Positions 49,255-62,879 of a DNA stretch of 64,000 nucleotides are shown here, in pieces. The position numbers and the translations under genes were made by a program. Position 1 is the stretch's first letter; each line of letters begins with the position of its first letter. The DNA comes from Octopus sinensis. Its lineage: Eukaryota. Below the pieces are notes generated by a model. The model was not told the origin of the DNA. It saw only the letters and a program-made list of their open reading frames with translations, and searched no databases. The stretch is taken from NCBI RefSeq assembly GCF_006345805.1, contig NC_043015.1, positions 19,468,001 to 19,532,000 of the forward strand, given 5' to 3'.

Positions 49255-49670
49255 CATTTTTATCTTTTACTTGTTTCAGTCCTCTGACTGCGGCCATGCT
49301 AGAGCACCGCCTTTAGTCGAACTAATCGACCCCAGGACTTATTCTTTGTAAACCTAGTACTTATTCTATCGGTTCTTTTGCCGAACCGCTAAGTTACGAG
49401 GACGTAAACACACCAGCATCGGTTGTGAAGCGATGGTGAGGGGTCAAACAGACACAAACAAACACATACACACACACAGACACACACACACGCACGCACA
49501 GGCACAGGCACACACACGCACGTGCGCGCACCTATATATATATGTAAAACGGGCTTCTTTCAGTTTCCGTCTACCAAATCCACTCACAGGGCTTTGATCG
49601 ACTCGACACTATAGTAAAAGACACTTGCCGAAGGTACCACGCAGTGGGACTGAACCCGGAACCATGCACA
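49255..49670 (-). mobile_element. SINE family A, near full length
   Basis: Both halves are present around an internal (CA)n/(TA)n tract. Confidence 0.85.
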
Positions 49671-49722
49671 CATGTATATACATGTAAACATATACACATG
49701 TAGATGTACACATATACAGATA

Positions 49723-51025
49723 TGTTTCTTTATTAGCCACACAGGGCTGCACACAGATAGAACAAATTACAAGGTAGAGCTTTTCTTTTGAAGGTATTAA
49801 AAAAAATAAAAAAATAAAAAAAAAAAAAGGAAGGGGGAGGTTCGATCAAAAGGGATCGTAAAAGGAGAGAAAGAGGACAAAAATAAGGGGGGTTAAAAAA
49901 AAAAAAAAAAAAAGGGGGGGAGAGGAAAAAAAAATGATCAATAGGGATCGTTATCACGGAAATGTCAATATGAAGTGTAAAGGGGAGGACAGGTGAGGTT
50001 TACCCGTGGAAAGAAAAGCCTGCGGAAAAGACCACGGTAACCTCGGTCAATGAAGTCACATTTTATATTTCTTTTTTTTTTTTTTTTTTTTTTTTGCAAA
50101 TAAGCAACTCTCTGTTTTCGATTTCTGGGTTCATAGGACTATGCTCAAGGTGGCTTCGTCATTCATACGTGCCATTCTTGCTACATTCACCCATCTTTTT
50201 TTAAAACATTCGCTAGACAAAACTTGCCTCTCTACTCTCACTTTCCTTTTCAAGTGGTACTTGAAGAAGTTGATGAGAGATTGACCAGAGAGGAAAGTGT
50301 TTGTCTCCAATCCTTTCAGACGCGTCCACCAGATACATTCTTTCGCCATAGCCACAAGGATGATGAAAATAGCTCTTCCTTCCCGTTTGAAGGAAGGAGG
50401 CGTGACAATATTGACGATAGACTCAGCTGATAAACCGACTCGTCCCACACGTGACAGCAGTTGTTCGACATAAGGCCACAGGTCGGAAATTGTTGGACAC
50501 TGAACGAGTGCGTGCAGAACGGTTTCGTCGCTCTGACCGCATCTCGGGCAGGTCGGGCCCGTGTTTCTCGAGCCGTGTCTGTAGAGCTTATCCCGAACGG
50601 GTAGCGCTTCTCGGTAGCACTGCCAGGCCAGGGATCTCTGGAAGTTGTCCATGGGCCCTGGCCCGAAAGTCGTCCCGAACAGGCGGTCAGGTACTCCTCG
50701 TCGACGTCCAGGTTCGCCCCGAGCTCGTCGTCGTACCTCCCCTCCACTAAACCCCTATAGAATGCTTTGGTTGTGTTGAAGTCACTTAAGGTCGACCCAG
50801 GACGGCAGAGTTGCTTGAGAGCAACGCGATACTCGCGGTGCCATTCGCCCTTCCTCGGCCTCTTTTTGATCCACGACTGCAGTTCGGTCATGGAGACGAG
50901 CTGCGGGAAAGCGTGCCTCACAAACGGCGACCACACCTGTTCACCGTCGTCTACATAGAGCCAGAGATGTCGCAGTCTCAGCGCGTGTCTGCGCATCATC
51001 AACCACGGCATGCCCAGCCCTCCTT
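49723..51025 (-). mobile_element. L1/Tx1-clade LINE 3' fragment (post-RT region, zinc finger, 3' UTR)
   Basis: GGLGMPW..RRHALRL, WQCYREALPVRDKL..CPRCGQSDETVLHALVQCP (zf-RVT-like CCHC), frameshifted; aataaa near the 3' end. Confidence 0.85.
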
Positions 51026-51160
<135 letters not shown>

Positions 51161-51448
51161 TGTTTCTTTATTGGCCACACAGGGCTGAACACAGACGGGA
51201 CAAATTACGAAGTAGAGCTTTTCTTATTGGGGATAAAAAAAAGGGCGGTAGGTTTTCGATCAAAAGGGATCGTTAAAAAAAACGATCAATAGGGAACGTG
51301 TATCACAGAAATGTCATGATGTAAAGTGTAAAGGGGGAAGCAGATGAGGTTTATTTGTGGTAAGAAAAGCCTACGGACAAGACCACGGTAACCTCGGTCA
51401 ATATTGTCACATTTATTTGCAAGTAACTCTGTTTTAAATTTTTCCGGC
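51161..51448 (-). mobile_element. Short 3'-end copy of the same Tx1-like family inside a (GATA)n array
   Basis: Homologous to 49723-50120; (GATA)n on both sides. Confidence 0.8.
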
Positions 51449-51492
<44 letters not shown>

Positions 51493-51493
51493 T

Positions 51494-51551
<58 letters not shown>

Positions 51552-51589
51552 GGATAGATAGATAGTAATGTATATGTATACTGTATATC

Positions 51590-51622
<33 letters not shown>

Positions 51623-53174
51623 CGCGCTTGTGTGTGTGCGCGCGTGTGTGTGTGTGCGCGCGCGTGCGTGCGTGCGTGCAAATAGTAGTTCAAGTGCTAC
51701 TTTTATGATTACTGCTTCGTATAAGTTCTGAAAAGTATGTGATTGATTCACAGGAAGTGAAGAAACAGTGACCTGGCATGTCCTGAAGAAATAAGAATGG
51801 TATCAAGAACGGTGCCTTGACCTACTTATAATATTCTCAGCGGAATAAAAGGATTTTGATAAATGTGGCTAGCTCATTGTAAAATGGAGAGAAATATTTC
51901 AGGCCAGTCTTGCGACATTTCTGACGATGGACTGAGTACTTCACCAATGTCTGGAATCTAAAAATGATTATAGTTCTCTATCGAAATAGCTTTTCAATGT
52001 GAAAATGAGTTTCTTCTATAGTAACAGACGATAAGTGATTCCTCACCTTGGAGTGAATTAAGGATACGTTCTATGACAACATTTGTAACAATGAACGCGT
52101 AATTAGCGAGGATTACAAACGGGTGGGGAAATATGGTCTTGGAGCTCTCTGCAAATATCAAATCGTGACGTAGAATACAAACTGGTGAACCAGTGCTCGT
52201 ACCAAGCAATTGGACTACTGGAGTGACTGCATAGCCAGTGCATGCACACACACATATACACGCATGTATGTATATATGATAATGATGATGATGATGATGT
52301 ATATGGGCTTGTCGTCGTAGATTGCTTATGTACATATAACAGTATCATCATCATCATTATCATGATGCTTTACGTCCGATCTTTCGTGTTTGCACGATTT
52401 GGACGGATTTTCACCTGCACAGCGTCTCGCCACTCGTTACCGTTCTTCGTCATTTTTTTTTCCGTACTGTTCTTTATCTTCTTCTGATCAGACATCAAAG
52501 ATAAACTTCTTCCCATATCTTCCTCGTCGTTTTCTTTCGTAGGTTTTTTTTTCTCCCATTTGGATTGTTTAGTACTTTTTCACCTAAATTTTCACCACCA
52601 TACGTTTCACATGTCTGTAGCAGCGCTATCTGCCGTTGTATTCTCGGTTCATTTGCGTCCGTCAGTCATATACGTAAATATTATGCATCTAGTGGAGCAC
52701 GTACTTTTTTTTTAAGCCATCACACATGCTCTGTATTCGATACACGTGATTTGCTACTATACTTCATCGATCTTCGTTATCAAATATCATACAACATAAC
52801 TTTCACTTGGAAAGAGAACCGCTTTCTTTCCACTACAGTTTAGAGCTTCTGAATTCTTACTTTTCCTATTCCATTATTACGCTGGCTACTAAGCTTTCAG
52901 ACCATCCAACACCACCGCCAGTCCGGTCAATTAGGAAACAAGAGTTACCAGCTATTTCTAAGGGAGACTTCTGAACATTTGAAATAATTATTTCACAGGT
53001 ATTGTTATTAATAATTATTCCCGTTCATCTGCAACATACGAACTCTTCCTTCTCTGTTAGCCCGACTGTGTACCCAACCATACTTCTTGTGCAGCCAAAA
53101 CTTATATTGGATGCACTGTATAGGATTCCTACCTCCTCTTTTGATCAAAATCATGACTACTTCCCAACAAATGG

Positions 53175-53262
53175 TAGTATATACATTATTTACATTATTT
53201 ACATTGTTTACATTTGACGGATATTTGTCCTCATCTTATTTGTTGTTAACACAACGTTTCGG
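53175..53262 (-). mobile_element. Truncated Penelope-like terminal repeat
   Basis: The minus strand reads tatatcagccgaaacgttgtgttaacaac, the stem II/GAAAC half of a hammerhead-type motif; the CTGATGA half is absent. Confidence 0.4.
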
Positions 53263-53444
53263 CTGATATATCAGCGGGAAAACTCGTGCTACAATGAGGG
53301 CCAAAATGACAAGGATATACCCTTCGTAGATTGGGTTCACTAGATGGCGCTATACTGCCGAAAGCTGAAGAATTCTTTATCATCATCAGTCAATATGGAA
53401 TGCACTGCAGTGCAAGCTACATGTAAAAATGCCTCTTGAGTGTG

Positions 53445-53492
<48 letters not shown>

Positions 53493-55578
53493 TGTGTGTG
53501 TGTGCTGGTGTTTGTGTGGGGGGGGGGGCTGCGAAGCTGGTGTGTGCTGGTGTGGGGGGCACGCGAGTGTGTGCGTGCATATATGTGTGCGTGCGTATAT
53601 GAAGGCATTACTGACTTTAGTTTATCAATTCCTATAAAGCTACCACCCAACTTTTCTCCACTTTACTCACCACTCAGCCGTTTTTTTCTCTCCAGTTTGG
53701 TTCCTGCTTTTTCGACTCAACCTCAGTACCCCGCCTCCAGTTATTTTTAGGATGCCTTCTCTTCTGACTCTTTCTGGGTCCCAGGTCAGGCAGGTCAGGA
53801 AGCGAAAGTGTAATACAGGATATTGTTTTCCTTAAGCTGCGACCTATCCATCTCCCTTTGCGTTCAGGATCTTTTCTTCTACGTTTCCCTTGGGGAATGT
53901 TTTCCTCTTCCGTGTCACATTGGCTTCAAACTTCTGTAACTTTGCTTCTTTTCCTAAGTAGAGGTCTTGGCCTAATGCAAACCCTTTTCTACTTCTGGGA
54001 AGAGGTGGTCGATCCTCATCTGGCGCCTTTCTTTTGACCTATCCAGTATGGAGTGACCCAATCAGAAGCTTGTACTATGCTGGAATACTCCTCAGGGTCG
54101 GTAAGGAATTGGACCTTATGGTGGATATGAATGGTAGAAATTCTTAAAATTTGGATGCCATTATTTAACTCCATATGCATATGAGCCTCTATGTATACTT
54201 GTATGTATATATATTGTAGCATGCAATGTATGCATATTTGCATGTACGATGCATGTTTGTTTGTAGGTACTTATGAGCCTATATCACATTTAAAGTTTTA
54301 ACTTTATAAATACAGATGTTTGTATGAATATATGTGTGTATGTGTGCATGTATGTGGTAACATGTATGTACGTATGTGTGTATGTATAAATGTAAGAGCG
54401 ACCATTTTTTTTTCTTTATGTTGAAAGGATAATCACCAGCTTAGTGACAGATTAGCAATAAACGATAAATTTGATATGCAAAATAAGCGCAGAAAATCTT
54501 TAGATATAAAGATTAATGTAGGGAAAAAGACCGACCAACCAATCAGACGATACTACAGACAGACATTAAAATGTAATAAATGGAATAGCTTTTTCTGATT
54601 GAAAATCAAAGAAACATACAAATACTAAAACAAAAGACTGGACGGAAAAAATTTCTTCTGCTACGTTTGGCTACTAAAAGCTGAGCAAGAACTGGCGAGG
54701 TGGTGTTTAAAAATGATTATAGTTCCTGTTTAGAAATAGCTTTTCACTGTGAAAATGTCTGTCGTCTTTAGTAGCAGACGATAAGTAATATATTTTATTG
54801 ATTTTTATATTTTATTTTTTAAATTTAATTACCGTATTTTCTGCCTCATGAGATGTTAATATATTTTAGTTTCGTTTTGTTTTAACTCTTTCCTTTATAT
54901 TATTTTCTTATTTTCTTTGTTTCAAGAAATTCATTTGAAGACATTATCCCGAAAAGTCTTATCATCATATTTACGATGTCTAAGCAGGATTATAGTATAA
55001 CATAATATAATAATATATGATATAATATAATATGATATAATATAAATCATTATATAACTTAAACAACAATTTTGCTCGTCTTCACCGACAAACGAATAGC
55101 AAAAGAAGTAATGAACGTTATTTTTAGATGACGTATAACACAACCGCGCCATTTTTCTTTCTTTTCTTCTTTTCCTTTAATGTATGGCCACTGTATATCA
55201 CAGGAACTTACAACGAATAAACCAATGAAGAACCATATACGCGGTTGCTCGACGGGTTAGAATTAGCAGTTAAATTTACCTTAAATCACATTATTTTTTT
55301 AAAAGGTAATACACGTGTAAGATAATGACTTCTGAAGTATATAATATCTAAAAAAAAAAACCCAGGTATAAGACGGTTTTCCACGTTGTCATTTCTGGCG
55401 CCGCACTTCTGGCGCCGCCTAGTTGGCGTTGCTGATTTGATGCTGACTTATTTGACATCAGATGTGTTTTTTTCGTTTTATGTATGTGTGACAATAATGT
55501 TTACTATTACGTATGTATATGTGTTTGTGTGTATATGCATATGTATGTATATATGTATGTGTGTATATATATATATGC

Positions 55579-55609
<31 letters not shown>

Positions 55610-55614
55610 TGTGT

Positions 55615-55672
<58 letters not shown>

Positions 55673-56245
55673 ATGTAAGTATATTTCTCTCTATATGTAT
55701 GAGGAGTGGAAAAGTGCTTATGTCAATTATTTTCAATTAACAAATTGTAACGTCTCCTTCTCTCCTTCTCTCTCCCTCTTTCTATCTCCATGAGAATAGT
55801 TCTGCATAATACTATACATATAATGCATTATGTATAATAGTAAAGTTTAATAAGTATCTGATTAGACACAACATATTCAACCATTTTAATTTATACAGTT
55901 CTTAAGTAATTTATCGTACTCAGTCCTCTGTATGTAGAGTGGTTCGAAGTGGAACGGTATTGAAACAGTTTTAACCAATATTAAACTTATGCTGTACTGA
56001 TATCTTCCTCTTCTTCGTGAGCACCGCCAGCAATTTTTTTCCTCTGTCTTCCCTTCTCGGGATCTTTCCTTCTCCTTTGTTTCCGACGAAGAGCTCCGCT
56101 CGCAATGTTAAACCCTCCTTCTTCCCTTCTGTCCTGAGCGTCCAATAATACTTTATTTGTTCCACGTCCTCGCGTTGGTGTGTTTTTTTTTGTGTTTTCT
56201 TTTTGTGTTTTCTTGTTTGGATTAACTATATATATATATATATAT

Positions 56246-57187
56246 GTTAATAAAATAGAATATATGCATATATATAAACATATATGTACGTACCTACCTC
56301 TACATGTACATATACACGCATATATGTGTACAGGACACCAAAGGGACGTCGAACACATAGAGAGACGAAACACATAGACACAAACCAAGGAACAAGACAA
56401 GCAAAAAAAAAAAAAAAAAAAAAGGGAGAGATACAGGACAATAAGCACAACGAAAAATCCCCTTCTTCAGTCGCTAAGATTTCATCTACTAAACGTTTCG
56501 AAGGATAAAAGCGAGACGTATACTTCGAAGAAAAATTCCTTCCCGCGAAAAGCAAATCAATTAAAATTCTGAGATCTTTTCGCAGAGGGGTAAAAAAAAA
56601 AAAAAGCAAGACGGTAACGACAGTACAAACATATAAACAGTAAAAAATATATATATAAACAGTGGAAAAATAAATATATAACAGTGAGAGACAAGACAAG
56701 GAGAACAAGATAAGAAGGGCTGTTAACGCCAGACGAAAAAAGTATTGTAAACGCTGGATTATAGTGGAAGACAGAGAGGGAAATTTTGTCAACCAGAAGC
56801 CTTGCGAGGCGGGCGAGAAAGGACAGGAAGCAGTTACGACGGAAGTATCGTCGCAGATGGATGACGGGAATGGGGGAGGAGGAGCAAGAGGAAGAGAGAG
56901 AAGAAGGGGGATGGTGCGAGGAGACCATGAAGAATGGTGAAAGGGAGAGAGAGAATGAAGAATGAGAGAGAGAGGAAGAGACAAGTCAAGTGAGGGAAAA
57001 AAAGACGAAAAAGGGAATGGGAGAGAAAGAAAGAAAGATGCAGAGTCGCGTGAGAGTTAATATCAAGGCTAACTTGATAAACAGAACAATCTTACTTAGT
57101 AGGGTGCGTGCGTTTAATCGTATAATATGTTAATAAAATAGAATATATGCATATATATAAACATATATGTACGTACCTACCTCTACA

Positions 57188-57195
<8 letters not shown>
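56246..57195 (-). mobile_element. About 0.95-kb non-coding element bounded by direct repeats (paralogue of 42520-43345)
   Basis: gttaataaaatagaatatatgcatatatataaacatatatgtacgtacctacctctacatgtacatata occurs at 56246 and at about 57129. Confidence 0.65.
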
Positions 57196-57225
<30 letters not shown>

Positions 57226-57227
<2 letters not shown>

Positions 57228-57630
57228 AGCAGGAGTGGCTGTGTGGTAAGTAGCTTGTTTACCAACCACATGGCTCCGTGTTCAGTCCCACTGCGTGGCA
57301 CCTTGGGCAAGTGTCTTCTACTATAGCCTCGGTCCGACCAAAGCCTTGTGAGTGGATTTGGTAGACGGAAACTGAAAGAAGCTCGTCGTATATATGTATA
57401 TATATATATGCGCGTGTGTGTGTTTGTGTCTGTGTTTGTTCCCCTAGCATTGCTTGACTACCGGTGCTGGTGTGTTTGTGTCCCCCTTACTTAGCAGTTC
57501 GGCAAAAGACACCGATAGAATAAGTACTGGGCTTACAAGAGAATAAGTCCCGCGGTCGAGTTGCTCGATTAAAGGCAGTGCTCCAGCATGGCCGCAGTCA
57601 AATGGCTGAAACAAGTAAAAAGAGAAAAAT
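57226..57630 (+). mobile_element. SINE family A, full length
   Basis: Head gtggctgtgtggtaag..gttcagtccc, internal (TA)n(TG)n, tail ggccgcagtcaaatggctgaaacaagtaaaaga. Confidence 0.85.
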
Positions 57631-57771
57631 AGAAAGATATATATATATACACATATAAGCTTTCGCTTAAGGTTTTCTTGTTTTGATGGTGTTTATTATT
57701 ATTTGTTGTTATTATTGTTTTACTTATAGAAAACTAAGACAATCCTTTGTCAGTTCCTTGGGTTTTCGCGG

Positions 57772-57972
57772 TCAGATTTTTCGTCCATCAAAAGCAAGAG
57801 ATTGTGAGAGATCAGTCTTATTGTCAGCAATGGAGTGATCACATGAGTAGTTGTGATGTTCATACTTTCCCCAGTTATTTACGATATAAATGAATTTCGT
57901 CTTGGAATCGGCGGCTACCAATGAGATTTTTGCTTCTTTCTTATTATCTATTGTTTGTCTTGGGAACAGAAT
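57772..57972 (-). CDS. Candidate terminal coding exon of 66 aa, possibly the C-terminus of an olfactomedin-like or other beta-propeller domain
   Basis: Strong acceptor cttcttttgtatcttcag; open frame ILFPRQ..AKISLVAADSKTKFIYIVNNWGK.. to TGA in unique sequence. The family resemblance is by eye only. Confidence 0.4.
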   Translation of the reverse strand: MLFPRQTIDNKKEAKISLVAADSKTKFIYIVNNWGKYEHHNYSCDHSIADNKTDLSQSLAFDGRKI

Positions 57973-58307
57973 CTGAAGATACAAAAGAAGCAACATAGTG
58001 TCGCATATTTATAAGTTTTTCACTCAATGCCTTCAAGACATTCGCTATAAAAGAATAAAGAATTTAAATAATGATTTGGTTTACCATTTTCTTAGAGTAT
58101 AAAGAGAAGGAATTTATGTGAGATAATGTTGTTTGTTTATTTGTGTTTCACGTTGAAGAATGACCAGAGAGGTGTGAACGTTGACATTTTGTTATGTGAC
58201 ATTATTAACCGACATTAGACAATACCACAGTGGAAGGCATTGTTACTTCGTAGTAAAATATGAGTCTACTTCTGTGTATGGAGCAGGGTGTTCATACGCA
58301 CACACAG

Positions 58308-58485
<178 letters not shown>

Positions 58486-58539
58486 GTATTATTCATGTAT
58501 AAATATGTACATAAATATATACTTCTTTTTTTTAATTGT

Positions 58540-58731
58540 TTGACATTTGACTGCGACCATGCTGGAGCACCGCCTTTAGTCGAACAAATTGACTCCAGGA
58601 CTTATTCTTTGTGAGCCTAGTACTTATCCTATCGATCTCTTTTGCCGAACCGCTAAGTTACGTGGACGTAAACACACCAACATCGGTTGTCAAGCGTTGA
58701 TGGAAGGACAAATACAGACACACAAACAAAT

Positions 58732-58778
<47 letters not shown>

Positions 58779-58870
58779 AGACAGGCTCCTTTCAGTTTCC
58801 GTCTACCAAATCCATTCACAAGGCTTTGGTCGGCCAGAGGCTATAGTACAAGACACTGGCCCAAGGAGCT
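58540..58870 (-). mobile_element. SINE family A
   Basis: Reverse complement of family A, 5'-truncated. Confidence 0.8.
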
Positions 58871-58927
58871 ACACACACACACAAATGTATATCGATGAAA
58901 AGAAAACGGGATACACACACATACATG

Positions 58928-58958
<31 letters not shown>

Positions 58959-59826
58959 ATACACACACACACACACTGATATGTGTGTGTGTTTCGTATT
59001 CAGTTTATTGAGGCCCATTCTGTAGAACAAGACATTCGATTTCCTAAACACATTGTTGTTGGGAGAATAGAGACAACAACAATAAATTCAGTTAATTTTC
59101 TCGACTTTTGCAAATGTCTTTTGCATATTTGGACTGCTTTTTGGTTTTTTGGTTTTGTTTTGTTTTGTTTCTTCTATGTTTTATATACATTGCATTGTCT
59201 CTTGGTCTTTTTCTTTTTGTTCTTTTCTTTTTCTCTCTCTGAATTCGTTGAGAACCGGTTTGTTCACACAAAACCAGTTTCCAACCAAGAAATAAACAAA
59301 AACAAAAAGAGAGAATTTTTTTTTTGTCAACATTCAGATACCAAAAAACCATGACAGAATCATCAAACACCAAACTTTAGAAAAATATAGGCGTTGTGTT
59401 TTCTTTTATTTTGTTTTGTTTTTTTTTTCTTTGATCATTTTTTATAATTTTGTTTTATCCTGCCCTTCATACAGACAAAACTCGAAAAAATTCCAGAGAA
59501 TAATATAGTTTTTTTTCTTTCTTCTTTAAGAATCTGAAATGATCAAGGTCATTGTTGTTGAATTAACTTAGCTTAAGACTAAATAGTAATAAATACAAAT
59601 GTATTTCAACGATGTCGTCAAAACCCTCGTCATCGCCATTGGTGGTATCATGTTGTTGATGTTGTTTAGTGCAGACCAGCTCTGATTGCGCAGGCTTATC
59701 ATATAATAATCTACTGCAGCGATGGCTCACTTCAGACCGGTTTCATGCCAGACAATTTTTCCACCAACCATAAAGTGCATATTATATAATTTGATAATTA
59801 CAAATATAACACATATGTATTACAGA

Positions 59827-60090
59827 TGAAGGGGCATGGCCTAGTGGTTAGAGTGTTGAACTCACCTTCGCGCGATCGCGGTTTCAATTCCCGGACCGAG
59901 TGGTGTGTTGTGCTCTTGAGCAAAACACTTCATCTCACGTTGATCTACGATCACTTTGACAATTGATGTGTGGTACAACATGCACCTATTAACGAAATGT
60001 CGATTTGATGGGGAGAATGAGCTAATGTACTGCGCATGCGCTTGATCACAATAAAAGAATTATTTGTGCCGGTTGTTCAGGAAGAAATTG
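59827..60090 (+). mobile_element. tRNA-derived SINE family C
   Basis: A box tggcctagtgg and B box gtttcaattcc, followed by a non-tRNA body. Confidence 0.7.
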
Positions 60091-60139
60091 CAGCATCGTC
60101 TTTCTCAGACTACGAGAGACCACCAGCATTCACATATTA

Positions 60140-61025
60140 CGAGGTCTGATCAATAAATATCCGGATTGTTGCTATAGTAACGAAGCTAAAGCACACAGAG
60201 TGAAACCACGTGGCACAGATTGACCATGAACTCTTTTGTGCCTGCGCACCAAGTTTTAACATTTTAGCTCACTTCCCTTGTTTACAGCAGTGCTTGGAAG
60301 TAACGTGTGTAGCGTATGATTGTCGCATTGACCATGACAGAGAAAGTTGTAAAAGCGACACCTGCTCAGAGACCTACGCAAAGGTGCAGAAAACGTATGA
60401 AGAGGAGTGTATGAGCCGCACACAGGTGTACGAGTGGTTCAGGCGTTTCCAAGATGGCCGAAGAAATGTCGACATTGACGAACGTTCTGGGAAACTCGCA
60501 ACCAGCGGAACAGAACCGAGAAAAACATCGCAGATGTGCGTGCAGCTGTGAGGGGAAATCGTCGAGTCACCATCTGTGAGTTATGAGAGGATGTGCAGAT
60601 AAGTTACAATTCAGTTCAGTCCATTATCACTGAAGATTTGGGTATGGGACGCAACTTTATGTCAAAACTGCTTTCAGCTGACCAAAAAGACACCCAGGTT
60701 TCAGTTGCACAAGATCTTGAATGTGTCGATAACGATGAAAGCCTTTTGAAAACTTTGCGAAGGCTTCTGAACAGGTAACGCGAAGCTTTTGGCAAAATTT
60801 GATACAGATTCTCTGCTCAACTTTCTATCATGTTCAATGCGACGGTCACACGCTACACACCTTCCTTCCAAGCACTGCTATAAACAGTGGAAATGAACTA
60901 GAATGTTAAACCTTTGGGAGCATGTACAGCAGAGTTCAAGGTCAATCTGAGCCAAGCGGCTTCATTCTGCGTGCTTTCGCTTCGTAACTACGGCAACAGT
61001 CCGGATAATTATTGATCAGACCACG
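60140..61025 (+). mobile_element. Internally deleted mariner transposon
   Basis: TIRs cgaggtctgatcaataaatatccggattgttgc / gcaacagtccggataattattgatcagaccacg with TA flanks. HTH fragment MSRTQVYEWFRRFQDGR..DERSG. Confidence 0.9.
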
Positions 61026-61094
61026 TACATATAATAGACAGAGACAGGCAGACAAAACAGAAAAGTCACAAACAGACAAAACAGAAGAGTCACT

Positions 61095-61222
<128 letters not shown>

Positions 61223-61831
61223 ACTCGACAGCCTTTGATCACAGAATGTTGAGACGGAAGTGTTCGTTAATAATACATTGTTGTGGCTGCTTGCTGTGGT
61301 GAGCTGCACAACCGCATAGTACCTATCCGCAGTTAGATGGATTACATATTTTGTGTTGGTCACTGGAAATGTACCGTGAGTTGGACAAGACTTCTATCTT
61401 TTACTTTCAAACCATTCCAACAATAAGGAAGAGCAGAGGAGGAGGAGGACGACGACGACGACGTGAAGAGGACGACGGGGAGGAGGACGAGGAAGGAGAT
61501 TAGGAAAAAGAGGAAGAGGAGGAAGAAGAAAAGGAGGAAAAGAAGGAAGAAAGGGGAAGAAGAGGAAGAAGGGATAGAATAAAATTGGATTATTTCAGTA
61601 TGATTCGACACAATCCAATCCTTCCTCGGCCGTCCCGTATAATTTTGTATACCTAGGACTACAACTGGCCAATGTGTTCCTGTTGCTTGAAGGCAGGGAG
61701 CAAAATAAGAGGAGTGCTGGGGGGGGGCACTACTAAACACATTCAAGATCATTTCTTATTAGGCTTGCCAACCAGAATGCCCCACGGGCCGCATGCGGCT
61801 CCACATTCCTAATTTTTTTATAATTCTTTCA

Positions 61832-61989
61832 GGCATGGTTGTGTGGTAAGTAGCTTACTTACTAACCACTTGGTTCAGGTTTCAGTCCCACTACGTGTCA
61901 CCTTAGGCAAGTGTCTTCTGCTTATAGCCTCGGGCCGACCAACGCCTTGTAAATGCATTTGGTAGACGGAGACTGAAAGAAGCCCGTCG

Positions 61990-62034
<45 letters not shown>

Positions 62035-62220
62035 CCCCCACCGTCGCTTAGCAACCAATGCTGGTGTGTTTACGTCCCAGTAACTTAGCGTTTCGGCAAA
62101 AAGAAGCCAATAGAATAAGTACTAGGCTTACAAAGAATATGTCCTGAGGTCCATTCGTTCGACTATAAAGGCGGTGCTCCAGCATGGCCGCAGTCAAATG
62201 ACTGAAACCAATAAAAAAGA
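61832..62220 (+). mobile_element. SINE family A, full length
   Basis: Same head, internal microsatellite and tail as the 57226 copy. Confidence 0.85.
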
Positions 62221-62437
62221 TTTTAAGAAAAAAAGAATATAGACAGTATTGAATGAGAGTTACAAAACTAAGGTATGTCGGCTGTCTGTCTGTCTGTCTG
62301 TCTGTCCTGTCCTGTCCTGTCGCCAGGGGTCACGATTAACAGTCGGCAGTATAAGGTATACCACCATCATCATCATAGATATCATGATCAGCAGCAACAC
62401 TATCAACGTCTTTATCGTCGACGTCGTCGTCATACAA

Positions 62438-62489
<52 letters not shown>

Positions 62490-62634
62490 GCTTCGACACA
62501 GCGAACGTATTGTTGTCAGCTTATATGAAGAGAACTTAGAGGTATTTAGGGCTGACAACACAAGCTAATGGGTCAGGGTGAGACAGCGGGGGCGGAGAGC
62601 CGCATACGTAATGCATACGTAACACACACACAAA

Positions 62635-62710
<76 letters not shown>

Positions 62711-62818
62711 GACATTTATACAAACACGTTCGCACCGACACACTGACGGATAATAGATATTTACGAAAAGGAAAACAGACAAATAGACACATAAGAATAT
62801 GTGTATGATTTAGTTATA

Positions 62819-62862
<44 letters not shown>

Positions 62863-62879
62863 GTATTTGCATGTGTCTG

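Noticed and set aside
54931-55152. 73-aa ORF beginning in an aaaatggcg context
   Set aside because: The middle is an AT-rich tandem repeat translation and there is no homology signal.
59827-59905. Possible tRNA gene
   Set aside because: It has A and B boxes but continues into a repeated SINE body and lacks a clean cloverleaf and terminator. The same applies to the other SINE heads.
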